Shown piece after piece: positions 8,100 through 17,140 of a DNA stretch of 45,963 nucleotides. Source of the stretch: a virus (Duplodnaviria > Caudoviricetes). The translations under genes were made by a program, and so were the position numbers. Position 1 is the stretch's first letter. Every line of letters begins with the position of its first letter. The stretch is taken from the IMG/VR virus record IMGVR_UViG_3300048080_000233, positions 1 through 45,963 of that record. The stretch is one strand, 5' to 3'. The notes beneath the pieces were generated by a model. It did no database searches and was not told the origin of the DNA. It saw nothing but the letters and a program-made list of their open reading frames with translations.

Positions 8100-8899
8100 T
8101 CCTCCGCACCATTGACTCCCGGCACGGCCGCGACATCCCCACGGGCCGCAAGATCGCTCGCGCCCTGCGGGTACTGTTCCGCCGCCAGCAGCGTGAGGTC
8201 GTGGCCAAGCTGCGGGCCAATCCCGAGCGGGTGCCGTCGCTCAACCACTGGACGCAGCCGATGGCCACGGCGATGGAGCCGCTGTTGCACGGGTACTACG
8301 CGGAGGGGATCAGGGCGGCGATAAGGCGGATCAGGAGGCAGCTGAGGGCACGCAAGCGAGTGTATGGTACGATACGCAAGGACGAGGGCGCCCCCGAACG
8401 CATCCTAGATGTGTTCGATCCGAGCTTCGACGTCTTCAACCCGCGCGTCCTGGACGCGATCCGAGATGCCGTGTTCGCCTTCTGCGATGCCACCAACCAG
8501 ACCGCGACTCGTGATGTCGGTCAGGCGATCCAGGACCTGCGGCGCGAGCTATCGGCCGGCCTGGAGCGCGGCGAGGCCCTGCGGGAACTGACGGCTCGGG
8601 TGCAGGAGATATTCGACGATCCGGCGCGGGCATTTCGCATTGCGACCACCGAGGCCAGTCGTGCCGTCCACGCTGGCCAACTGATCGCAGCAGAGGAGAG
8701 TGGCGTGGTGGCGGGCGTCAGATGGCTTGCCAGCTCGGACGCTTGCCCCTTGTGTCTTCCGTTGGATGGCGTGGAGGTGCCTTTAGGCCAGCCGTTTGTT
8801 GTGGCCGGAACTGGACCATATGCATCCGTATTTCATCCGCCAAGACACCCCCACTGCCAATGTTCCATGACAGAGGTCTTGACTCCGAATACGAGTTGA
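8090..8899 (+). CDS. Phage Mu gpF-like minor head protein
   Basis: RAFRIATTEASRA...W...CPLCLPLDG...PPRHPHCQCS. Confidence 0.9.
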   Translation: MRLILRTIDSRHGRDIPTGRKIARALRVLFRRQQREVVAKLRANPERVPSLNHWTQPMATAMEPLLHGYYAEGIRAAIRRIRRQLRARKRVYGTIRKDEGAPERILDVFDPSFDVFNPRVLDAIRDAVFAFCDATNQTATRDVGQAIQDLRRELSAGLERGEALRELTARVQEIFDDPARAFRIATTEASRAVHAGQLIAAEESGVVAGVRWLASSDACPLCLPLDGVEVPLGQPFVVAGTGPYASVFHPPRHPHCQCSMTEVLTPNTS

Positions 8900-8972
8900 G
8901 TAAAATAGCGGGCAGGCAGCGGTCGTTACACCGTTGCCCACCCTGAGCCGTCAACCTGAAAGTGAGGCTGAC

Positions 8973-9572
8973 ATGCCTGGAAAGCATTCTAGTAAAACGC
9001 CGGAACAGATCGAGAAGCGAAGAACCTACAACCGTGAATACGCAAGAGCGTATCGACAGCGAAGTAAGGTGGCGAGGCATGAGATAGAGCAAAGATATCG
9101 AGACAAACCACAGTCAAAGAAACGGCAAAGCGAATACGGCCGCAAGCGATATTTGGAGAACAAGAAAGAGCATTGTCAAAAAACGCGCGAACGTTCGGCA
9201 AAGATCAAGACGGTTTTTGATGACATCAAGCAAAAGGCGGGCTGTAAGTTCTGTGGAGAAAATGACCCGATCTGCCTAGACTTTCATCATGATGATAGAG
9301 AAACAAAGGTAGAAAGTGTCTCGACTTTGGCTCGAAGAGGAAGGCTTGAAGATGCGATTGCCGAAGCGAAGAAATGCGAAGTGATTTGTTCGAACTGCCA
9401 TCGCAAGCTTCACCGTGATCGAGGGGATTATCAGCCTCGGACGGGAAAGCGAAAAGGAAGACTACCGGGTGGCCACTATGACGAGGACCAACGGGATTAT
9501 CAGGGCGGTAAGCAAACGCCAGGAGCGAATGGCCAGGTCTTTGACGGACAGCAAAGGCTTTTCGATTGGTAG
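8973..9572 (+). CDS. HNH homing endonuclease
   Basis: Basic N-terminus; CKFCGE...LDFHH...KCEVICSNCHRKLH; more AT-rich than neighbours. Confidence 0.85.
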   Translation: MPGKHSSKTPEQIEKRRTYNREYARAYRQRSKVARHEIEQRYRDKPQSKKRQSEYGRKRYLENKKEHCQKTRERSAKIKTVFDDIKQKAGCKFCGENDPICLDFHHDDRETKVESVSTLARRGRLEDAIAEAKKCEVICSNCHRKLHRDRGDYQPRTGKRKGRLPGGHYDEDQRDYQGGKQTPGANGQVFDGQQRLFDW

Positions 9573-10917
9573 TTTGCAAGGCTACGCGACAAAGCTTGCC
9601 GGCAGGAATCAGTTGCAACTAGTCGATCCGACAGCTTCATTCCTTGGAACTGATGATGCGGTAATGTCTGCCACTTTCGTAATTAGTACCGGTAAGCAAG
9701 ATCGTGACGGTGATATCGTCATTCCTAAGGGTTGCATCCTAGATGGCTATAAAAAGAATCCGGTAATTTTCCTGAATCATCAGCAGCATCCGATTCCCAT
9801 TGGCAAGGCCATGGGGCCGGACGGTCGGCTGTCCGTCTCGATCCAGTCGGATCGCATCCTCGCCACCTGCTACTTCGATCAGGCCGATCCGGACTCGGTC
9901 TACATCTACGGCAAGGTCAAGCGCGGGTTCCTGAACGCCACCAGCATCGGGTTCTTCCCCCTGGAGGCTGAGCGATTGCCCGAAAAGAAGGGGCGGCGCA
10001 ACGGCGAGACGGTCGGGCAGCAGTGGCAGGGATGGCTATTCAAGCGCTGGGAGCTGCTGGAGTTCAGTATCGTAGGCGTGCCGAGCAATCCCGAGGCTCT
10101 GATGCTGGACGATCTCGACGGCGCCAAGATTAGTCAGAAGCTCAGGAAGGCACTGCAGCCGTTTGTGCCGGTCAAGGCTGCCACGGGCCTCGGCACCGCC
10201 GTGCCCTCCGAGGGCGGGGTGCTGGTGCAACCCGAGCAAAAGGAGCGGGGGACGGACATTCAGGCTGTGATTCTGCCCAGGACACGGTATCCTGAGTGGG
10301 AGGATGCGGTCAGATGGCTGCGGGCGCACGGACGCTCGGCCGATAAGCTGACCGAGACAAATGATGCATGGACGGTCGAGCAATTTCCCGAGAGCGAGTG
10401 CCAACTCGAAACGGCCCGTGAAGAGCCGTTGGTGGACGGCGTGGTGGCGAGGGTGTGTCAGCGCAAGATCGAACCGGAGGGCGGCCCTGTGAGCGACGCG
10501 AAAGCCTACGATGATAGCGACAGCGAGGACACAGGTGATGACGCCGAGGCGACCGAGCAGCAGATGCCGCTTGGCGCCCAATGCCTCATGGAGCTGGCGG
10601 CCCACATCCAGGGCAAGCTGCCGATGCTGGAACCGGGGATTGCGGTGCGGAAGCTGTACGAGCGGATTCTCCCTATGCTGGCGGCCGCGGCGGCAAAGGA
10701 CTATCCTGACCTTGATCTTGGCATCGAGATGGCAGAGGATAAGGGCGATGAGGAGGATGAGGAGGATGAGGAGTCGAAGGAGAAGAGCGTCTATCGGGTT
10801 GAGGTTCCGGCGGAGGATTGCACGGGCCCAACGGTTTCGGTGGATTGGTCGCCGGTCATGAAAGAGATGGCGACCCTGCGGCGCGAACTCCGAATTGCCA
10901 CGGGACGGATTGATTAA
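9478..10917 (+). CDS. HK97-type prohead protease with long acidic C-terminal extension
   Basis: STGKQDRDGDIV...NPVIFLNH...PIGK...ATSIGF...ELLEFSIVGVPSNPEAL. Confidence 0.9.
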   Translation: MTRTNGIIRAVSKRQERMARSLTDSKGFSIGSLQGYATKLAGRNQLQLVDPTASFLGTDDAVMSATFVISTGKQDRDGDIVIPKGCILDGYKKNPVIFLNHQQHPIPIGKAMGPDGRLSVSIQSDRILATCYFDQADPDSVYIYGKVKRGFLNATSIGFFPLEAERLPEKKGRRNGETVGQQWQGWLFKRWELLEFSIVGVPSNPEALMLDDLDGAKISQKLRKALQPFVPVKAATGLGTAVPSEGGVLVQPEQKERGTDIQAVILPRTRYPEWEDAVRWLRAHGRSADKLTETNDAWTVEQFPESECQLETAREEPLVDGVVARVCQRKIEPEGGPVSDAKAYDDSDSEDTGDDAEATEQQMPLGAQCLMELAAHIQGKLPMLEPGIAVRKLYERILPMLAAAAAKDYPDLDLGIEMAEDKGDEEDEEDEESKEKSVYRVEVPAEDCTGPTVSVDWSPVMKEMATLRRELRIATGRID

Positions 10918-11107
10918 CGTGACCCAGAGCGGTAGACTATCTCCGGACGAAGGGCTTCGCGAAAAGGCAGCACGTGCCCAGCACGCCCTGGACGAACTGC
11001 TGCGGCGAGTCCTTCAGCCGGGCTTTACCGGGACTGGAGCGGTTGAATTGGATGTCCACCGAGGCGGCATCGCCGCAGTAAGATTGCAGACAAAGGAACT
11101 AGTATAA
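10895..11107 (+). CDS. Small hypothetical protein (start uncertain)
   Basis: LDELLRRVLQPGFTGTGAVELDVHRGGI. Confidence 0.5.
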   Translation: MPRDGLINVTQSGRLSPDEGLREKAARAQHALDELLRRVLQPGFTGTGAVELDVHRGGIAAVRLQTKELV

Positions 11108-11150
11108 CACATAAATAGCGGCCTGGGTACGGCACCCTCCGCGTCCCACC

Positions 11151-11266
11151 AGCGGCCCATTTGCTGCTCCTCACCTGAGCCTAGCGAGCAAACCCCGCGG
11201 AAGATCAACCGATCTTCCACGGGGTTTTTGCTTTGCCGGCGTGAGGTTCAGCAAATGGCGACCGCT
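11151..11266 (+). promoter_or_regulatory. Long hairpin with terminator-like core that buries the capsid SD and ATG
   Basis: CCATTTGCTG-CT-CCTCAC pairs with GTGAGG-TT-CAGCAAATGG; inner AAACCCCGCGGAAGATC/GATCTTCCACGGGGTTT. Confidence 0.7.
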
Positions 11267-12502
11267 ACGGTCCCCGAGAAAGCGCCCGAGCAAATCGAAA
11301 AGCAAGTCGATGTAACGGAAGTCGTCAAGGCACTTCAAGGATTACGGGATGAGTTGAAGGCGGCCCAGCGGCCTGTGCGCGATACCCAGGCCGTCATCGC
11401 CGGCGCCGACAAGGTGGCGGCCACGGCGGTTGACGATACCGAGCTGAAGCGCTTCGGCTGGTCCTCGATGGGGGAGCAGCTGAAGGCTGTCCGGAACTAC
11501 TACGCCCAGCGGGGTATGGATGAGCGGCTCAAGCCGAAGGAACACTATCTCAAGGCCGCGACGGGTCTTGGGGAGGCGATTAGCTCGGATGGCGGGTTTC
11601 TGCTGGCGCCGGAGTTTGCGGCCGGCATTCGGGAGATCATGCACAACACCGAGAATCTTCTGGATCGCACGGACTCGTTCTCGATCGGGTCCAACTCCAT
11701 CAAGCTACGAGCCATTGACGAAACCTCTCGTGCCACTGGTTCTCGCCGTGGTGGAGTCCGTGGATTCTGGGTCGATGAAGGCGATCCGTTCACGGCCAGC
11801 AAGCCGAAGTTCCGGCAGATTGAATTGAAACCCTACAAGCTCCAAGTTGTGGTTTATGTAACTGAGGAGCTGCTGGATGACGGCGGCTCCATGCTGGAGC
11901 AATACATCTCCAAGGCTGCAGCCGAGGAAATCAATTTCCTGGTCGGCGATGCCATCATCAATGGCGAGGGCGCGGGCAAGCCTCTTGGCATTCTGCTGTC
12001 GGATTGCCTGGTCAGTGTCGCCAAGGAGGCTGGCCAGCCGGCGGCGACGATCGTGAGCGAGAACATCGCCGAAATGTGGAAGCGCCTCCATGCAGCCAGT
12101 CGGGGTAACGCAGTCTGGCTTATCAACCAGGATACCGAGCGTCAGCTGCACCTGATGAACGTGGCGATTGGGACGAGCGGTCAGCTGGTCTACATGCCCC
12201 CTGGTGGTCTCAGCCAAGCGATGTACGCGACGCTCTACGGGCGCCCCGTGGTCCCTACCGAGTTCAACCCCACGCTCGGCACCCAAGGAGACGTCATCCT
12301 GGCCGATATGTCCCAATACGTGACCGCCACCAAGGGAGCCATCAAGCCCGCGATGTCGATGCACGTCGAATTCTTGACAGACCAGATGGTATATAGGTTT
12401 ACGTTCAGAATCGATGGAAAACCCTGGTGGAACTCGGCCTTGACGCCATTCAAAGGGAGTGCGACGCAGTCGCCCTTTGTTGTACTTGATACCCGCGCGT
12501 GA
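11255..12502 (+). CDS. HK97-fold major capsid protein
   Basis: SDGGFLLAPEF, WVDEG, VTEELLDD, INGEGAGKPLGIL, TLYGRPV, FRIDGKP; ATG 11255 with GAGG SD. Confidence 0.95.
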   Translation: MATATVPEKAPEQIEKQVDVTEVVKALQGLRDELKAAQRPVRDTQAVIAGADKVAATAVDDTELKRFGWSSMGEQLKAVRNYYAQRGMDERLKPKEHYLKAATGLGEAISSDGGFLLAPEFAAGIREIMHNTENLLDRTDSFSIGSNSIKLRAIDETSRATGSRRGGVRGFWVDEGDPFTASKPKFRQIELKPYKLQVVVYVTEELLDDGGSMLEQYISKAAAEEINFLVGDAIINGEGAGKPLGILLSDCLVSVAKEAGQPAATIVSENIAEMWKRLHAASRGNAVWLINQDTERQLHLMNVAIGTSGQLVYMPPGGLSQAMYATLYGRPVVPTEFNPTLGTQGDVILADMSQYVTATKGAIKPAMSMHVEFLTDQMVYRFTFRIDGKPWWNSALTPFKGSATQSPFVVLDTRA

Positions 12503-12555
12503 TCCTGAGCTTGGGTACGTCCCTAGCTTGATAGCTTAGCTTAAGGAGTCTTTAT

Positions 12556-13044
12556 ATGCGTTTCTGTGAGAACAACAACCTCTCCGCCGGGTTTGTCCCG
12601 GTCGATATGCAGACGGCGGCTAACGACGGCGATTGGGTATCGCTTAAGAACTACCACCACGTCTCGGTCGTGCTCTTCAAGGCCGCAGGCACGGCCGGGG
12701 ACGACCCGACGCTGACAATGGAGCAGGCGACGACAAACACCGGTACCGGCGCCAAGGCGCTGACGTTCCGGAACATCTACGTCAAGCAAGGCACCTTGAC
12801 GGCTGTGGGAACGTTCACGCGCGTCGATCAGACTGCGGCTGCCACCTACACGGACCTGGTCTCGGCCGAAATCCAGGCCATTTGGGTGGTGGAGTTCGAT
12901 TCCGATGAGCTGGACGTGGATGGTGGGTTCGACCACATTCGCGGGCGCGTCGCGGACATTGGCGGCAACGCCCAGCTGGGTTGCATGCTCTACATCCTCG
13001 GCGAACCGCGCTATGCCCAGGCCGTGCTGCCGTCTGCCCTATAA
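12556..13044 (+). CDS. Probable head decoration/structural protein
   Basis: Follows MCP, AAGGAG SD; GDWVSLKNY...ELDVDGGFDHI, beta-rich. Confidence 0.7.
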   Translation: MRFCENNNLSAGFVPVDMQTAANDGDWVSLKNYHHVSVVLFKAAGTAGDDPTLTMEQATTNTGTGAKALTFRNIYVKQGTLTAVGTFTRVDQTAAATYTDLVSAEIQAIWVVEFDSDELDVDGGFDHIRGRVADIGGNAQLGCMLYILGEPRYAQAVLPSAL

Positions 13045-13095
13045 TCTTGTTTGGGGCCATGCCCCTGGGTTCGTCCCTAACAAGAGGTACACTCA

Positions 13096-13854
13096 ATGTC
13101 CACAAAATCTTACTATGCCGGCGGTCTCGGTTCTTCGGGACCGCAGCTCAATTTCACCGATGATCTGCTGTCTCCGGCCAAGGGGACGAGTCTGTGGCAG
13201 AGCTGTCCATTGTTGGCAATCATGGAAGACCCCACTGTGGGGCATATCCATTTCGACGATTTTCATCAACTCACCAAGGCGGCTGACAACTGGATTTTGA
13301 CCGCGGCAACGACCGGCACCGCTGTGGCGGGGGTGCTGGCTGGTGGGGTTGCGACGCTGGATGCCGGCGCCATTACAGACGGCCAGGGCCCGCAAATTCA
13401 ATCCGCTGGGGTTGACTTTATTCCTGCGGCGGGCAAGGATCTCTGGTTTGAAACCAGACTCAAAGTGTCTCATGTCAGCGGGGATTTTTTCTTCGGACTG
13501 ACCGCGCTGGACACTACCTTGGTTGCCACATCGGCTTTGACGATCAGTGATGGCATTGGCTTTGAGAGTTTTACCGGCGATGGCGTGCTGGTCGCCTCAA
13601 GCGAGAAGGCGACCGTGCGGGGCACCGTGGCGGCTGTCAAAACCTTGGTGGCCGCGACTTACGTGAAGCTCGGCTTTGTGGTGCGGGGCGTTACCGATGT
13701 GACGTTCTACGTCGATGGTGTCGCAAATGCGACGCTGCTGCTGACGGCCAATATCCCGGTGCTGGCGCTGACGCCTGGATTCACGGTGCACGCGACCGGA
13801 ACCGATCAGGCGGTTCTGGACATCGACTGGGTCAAGGTTGTTCAACTGCGCTGA
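13096..13854 (+). CDS. Virion structural protein (beta-sandwich/lectin-like)
   Basis: HFDDF...WFETRLKV...VTFYVDGV...LDIDWVKVVQLR. Confidence 0.7.
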   Translation: MSTKSYYAGGLGSSGPQLNFTDDLLSPAKGTSLWQSCPLLAIMEDPTVGHIHFDDFHQLTKAADNWILTAATTGTAVAGVLAGGVATLDAGAITDGQGPQIQSAGVDFIPAAGKDLWFETRLKVSHVSGDFFFGLTALDTTLVATSALTISDGIGFESFTGDGVLVASSEKATVRGTVAAVKTLVAATYVKLGFVVRGVTDVTFYVDGVANATLLLTANIPVLALTPGFTVHATGTDQAVLDIDWVKVVQLR

Positions 13855-13859
13855 GAGGA

Positions 13860-14252
13860 GTGATGATGAAGATTCCTCTCGGTATCCCGGTTCATGGCGA
13901 CTTCTCGAGCGCTGATGCCAGCGCTCTCACGGAGACGGCGGCCCGCATTCTGCTCTACGGCCCCGATTCCACGGTGGCGATCACGCTGGCTGCTACCGAT
14001 TGGGTGATTGTCTCGGATCTGACGATCGCCGTGGGGGCCACGGCCCTGACCGTGACTATCTACGACGGCGTCAACAACGCCGCGGCGGCGGGCGAGATCA
14101 TCGCCCGCACCATCCAGGGGGCCGCCTCGACGGTGACGATCAGCTTGAACGTGCCGCATTATTGCAAACTCGGCACCTGGCCCAAGGTCTTCACCTCGGC
14201 AGCCGGCCAGGTAGACGTGGCGCTCCACGGCACGATCGACCGCAAGGGATAG
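13860..14252 (+). CDS. Hypothetical structural protein
   Basis: GAGGAG SD; A/T/V-rich. Confidence 0.65.
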   Translation: MMMKIPLGIPVHGDFSSADASALTETAARILLYGPDSTVAITLAATDWVIVSDLTIAVGATALTVTIYDGVNNAAAAGEIIARTIQGAASTVTISLNVPHYCKLGTWPKVFTSAAGQVDVALHGTIDRKG

Positions 14253-14254
14253 CG

Positions 14255-14434
14255 ATGATCTACTACCGCCTGATGCTCCGTGACGGCGGCTCCGTGGTGA
14301 TCGATGCCGCGGCAGCCCGGCTCCTGCTGAAGCAGGGCAAGGTGATCAGCGTGAAATCGGTTGGCTCAGCCAGCCCGCTCTACCCGCGGCGGGACATGCG
14401 ACCCGCCGCGGGTGCTAACTACTTGACGAAGTGA
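14255..14434 (+). CDS. Small hypothetical protein
   Basis: MIYYRLMLRDGG...RDMRPAAGANYLTK, before the adaptor gene. Confidence 0.55.
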   Translation: MIYYRLMLRDGGSVVIDAAAARLLLKQGKVISVKSVGSASPLYPRRDMRPAAGANYLTK

Positions 14435-14437
14435 ACG

Positions 14438-15160
14438 ATGGCTTTGACGACGCTCGACAAGGTGAAATGCTTCCTCGGCCTCAAGACCGATCAGGAGAAC
14501 TCCCGTCTTCTGGTCCTGGTCGAGGCGGCGTCGGCGGCCATCAAGAGCTGGACAGATCGTGATTTTGAGCAGATTACGTACACGGAATTCTATTCGGGGG
14601 ACGGGCTGCCGATCTTGCAGTTGCGGCAGCGGCCGGTGACGTCCATTACGACCATCCACGTGGACTCCGGGGCCTACTACGGCCAGGCCACGGGGGCATT
14701 CGATGCCACGACGCTGCTGGTCTCTGGGACCGATTACGCTCTCGTGTACGACGCGACGATTGCGGGCAGCCCCGTGAGCCGGCGCGGCCATGTCGAGCGG
14801 ATCGGGCGCGTGTGGACCATGACAACGAACAGCCGCGGGTTCTACCCCTCGTGGTACGAGGACAGGACCGGCGGTCTGTCCCACGAACCGCCGTTCCCGC
14901 GCGGGGGCAACATCAAGGTCGTGTACATCGCGGGCTTCAGCACGACCACGATGCCGAAGGACATCGAGCTGGCGGCGAACCTGTACGTGGCGATGCTGCG
15001 GCGCACGTCGAAGTTTGGCGGGGACTCGCCGCAATCCGAGCGGCTCGGTGAGTATCAGTACAGCCTCTTCGCTGCTGGGGGAGCTGGAGGCGGGCGTGCG
15101 GCGGCCGAGATTGGGACGATCCGGCAGTTGCTGTCACGTTACCGGGAGGTAGCGATATGA
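14438..15160 (+). CDS. Head-tail adaptor (gp6/gp15-like)
   Basis: LTTLDKVKCFLG...NIKVVYIAGF...PKDIELAA...SERLGEYQYS...LLSRYR. Confidence 0.85.
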   Translation: MALTTLDKVKCFLGLKTDQENSRLLVLVEAASAAIKSWTDRDFEQITYTEFYSGDGLPILQLRQRPVTSITTIHVDSGAYYGQATGAFDATTLLVSGTDYALVYDATIAGSPVSRRGHVERIGRVWTMTTNSRGFYPSWYEDRTGGLSHEPPFPRGGNIKVVYIAGFSTTTMPKDIELAANLYVAMLRRTSKFGGDSPQSERLGEYQYSLFAAGGAGGGRAAAEIGTIRQLLSRYREVAI

Positions 15161-15342
15161 GTTTGGACAACTTTGACGCTGTTGCTGCTGTTGAGTCACT
15201 TTGTGCAGATGATATCAGACAGCAGCTTGACAAGATGGAGTGCGAGGCCAAGGCGCTCCGAATTCTCTTGCGGGCAGTACGTGCCCGCGATCGAACTCGA
15301 AGCCAATCCAGATCACAGCTAGAGAACGAAGTGACGATATGA
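15157..15342 (+). CDS. Small inserted hypothetical protein
   Basis: GGAGG SD; ATGA coupling at both ends. Confidence 0.55.
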   Translation: MSLDNFDAVAAVESLCADDIRQQLDKMECEAKALRILLRAVRARDRTRSQSRSQLENEVTI

Positions 15343-15683
15343 GCCTCGATGCGCTGCTGGCCCAGGACTCCGTGACGATCAGGCGTCCCACCTCCGCCAA
15401 GGACACCAGCGGCGGCAGCACCCGTCTGCCGTTCACCGACAAGGCTCCGGAGGTGCCGGCGAGGGTCGAGAGCCTGAGCTCAAGGCAGCGGCTTCAGTAT
15501 CAAATGCTCACCATCCCGGTGACCCACCGGATCTTCCTCCCCCTGGGCACGGACGTGGACAACGGGGACGTGGTGCAGACGAGCGACGGGCTGACGATCC
15601 GGGTGATTGAGTACAACGAGAATCGGCCGATCGGGTCCATGGAAGGATTCCTGGAAGTGCTTGGGGAGCAGGTGAGAATCTAG
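15339..15683 (+). CDS. Head closure/stopper protein
   Basis: VTIRRPTSAKDTSGG...THRIFL...DVDNGDVV; position. Confidence 0.75.
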   Translation: MSLDALLAQDSVTIRRPTSAKDTSGGSTRLPFTDKAPEVPARVESLSSRQRLQYQMLTIPVTHRIFLPLGTDVDNGDVVQTSDGLTIRVIEYNENRPIGSMEGFLEVLGEQVRI

Positions 15684-15684
15684 C

Positions 15685-16170
15685 GTGCAATTCCGCTGGA
15701 ATGGTCGAAACGTGACGCAGGAAATCCGCCGGCTCGGTGGCCTAGGTGTCCGGGCTGCGGCCATCCATGCGACACGCCGACTCAAGGAGGTCCTGAGCGT
15801 TCCGGCGCCGCGCAGGCGCGTGCTTATGCGAGTTCGAACACGCCTCAGGGTGAGGGGCCGAATTATCATTCGTTACCAGCGAGTGATCGGCTACGTCGCG
15901 ACCGTCAAGGCCACCCAGGGAGCGTATCCGCGAAAACTGTCAGGCCATCTGCGACGCAGCATCACGTACCAATACATGGAATACGGGGACGTCCAGTTGG
16001 CCCGCGTAGGCACCAACGTGCAGTATGGAAAATGGTTGGAGCTGAGCAGGGGCCGGGGTGATCACGAGTGGTTAGTCGTGACGATGGTGCGGATTCGCAG
16101 GGAACTGGCCTACATCATGGGCGGCGCCCAAGGGTCCCAAATCAGTGGCTTCCAGAGCAATACACCTTAG
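15685..16170 (+). CDS. HK97 gp10-like neck protein
   Basis: PRKLSGHLRRSI...VGTNVQYGKWLELS. Confidence 0.75.
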   Translation: MQFRWNGRNVTQEIRRLGGLGVRAAAIHATRRLKEVLSVPAPRRRVLMRVRTRLRVRGRIIIRYQRVIGYVATVKATQGAYPRKLSGHLRRSITYQYMEYGDVQLARVGTNVQYGKWLELSRGRGDHEWLVVTMVRIRRELAYIMGGAQGSQISGFQSNTP

Positions 16171-16179
16171 CGAGGCCCC

Positions 16180-16599
16180 TTGATGGCCACAACGCTGCTG
16201 GGAGCCATTGTGGAGAAGTTTTCGGCCGACTTCGATCTGACGGCCTCTGTGCCCTCCGGCATCTGGGTTAGCCAGGTGCCGGAGGGCAAAGCCCTCCCGT
16301 TCGTGGCTTTGATCCATGGTGGCGAGGTACCGGATTGGACGTTCGAGCGCGAATACGTTGAGGAAGGGTCGGTTCAGTTCCTCTGCTACGCCCAGGGGTG
16401 TGCGGCCGCAGAGGCGATAGCGACGCTGGTCAAGACGGCATTTGACTGGGGGACGCTGACCATCACGGGGGCCGTGAGTATCCAACTGGAGCGGACGAAT
16501 TACCAGGTCAGCTCGACCGAGTTGGCCCGTTCGCCAACCGGGGAGATCGTCTACGAGGCGATGGTTGAATACCGCACGATCGTGCGCAAAACATACTAG
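16180..16599 (+). CDS. Tail terminator (DUF3168-like)
   Basis: VPEGKALPFV...VQFLCYA...AEAIATLVKTAF; position. Confidence 0.7.
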   Translation: MMATTLLGAIVEKFSADFDLTASVPSGIWVSQVPEGKALPFVALIHGGEVPDWTFEREYVEEGSVQFLCYAQGCAAAEAIATLVKTAFDWGTLTITGAVSIQLERTNYQVSSTELARSPTGEIVYEAMVEYRTIVRKTY

Positions 16600-16610
16600 C
16601 GAGGTACAGC

Positions 16611-17129
16611 ATGGCAACCACGCTTGCGGTGGGCCAGATCAAGGCGGTGATCGGTTGGAACATGGAGAATGTCCTCACGGGGGGCAACACGGCCAACAGC
16701 AATACCGACACGTACTCCAAGAGCCTGACGGACGGCACCGGAGCGACCGGGACCGGCGATCGCATGTATCGCACCGAGACCACCATTGCGGGGGGCGGGA
16801 CGCTCAACCTGGACCTAGCCGGTTCCCTGACCGACTTCTTTGGCAACGTCATCACGTTCGCTCGCGTCAAGGCCATCAAGGTCGAGCTGACCAACGACAC
16901 CACGGCGACGTCGATTTTGATCGGCGACCATGCCAGCCCGTGGAATACCTGGGTAGCCGGCACCAACCCTCGCGTGCGGGTCTACAACGGTGGCTGCTTC
17001 TTTCTGGCCGGCCCCGGGGCCACCATGTATGCCGTCACCGCTGGATCGGCCGACGGCCTCAAGATCGTCAACGAGGATGGAGCCAACGTCGCGACCATCA
17101 AAATCACCATCATCGGTTCTTCGGCCTGA
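16611..17129 (+). CDS. Virion structural protein
   Basis: LDLAGSLTDFFGNVITFARVKAI; T/G-rich; in tail operon. Confidence 0.65.
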   Translation: MATTLAVGQIKAVIGWNMENVLTGGNTANSNTDTYSKSLTDGTGATGTGDRMYRTETTIAGGGTLNLDLAGSLTDFFGNVITFARVKAIKVELTNDTTATSILIGDHASPWNTWVAGTNPRVRVYNGGCFFLAGPGATMYAVTAGSADGLKIVNEDGANVATIKITIIGSSA

Positions 17130-17140
17130 AAGGATGAACC

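Noticed and set aside
9478-9489. ATGACGAGGACC matches part of the early leader repeat
   Set aside because: Only 12 nt, inside overlapping coding sequence, lacks CTGACAGGAG; probably chance
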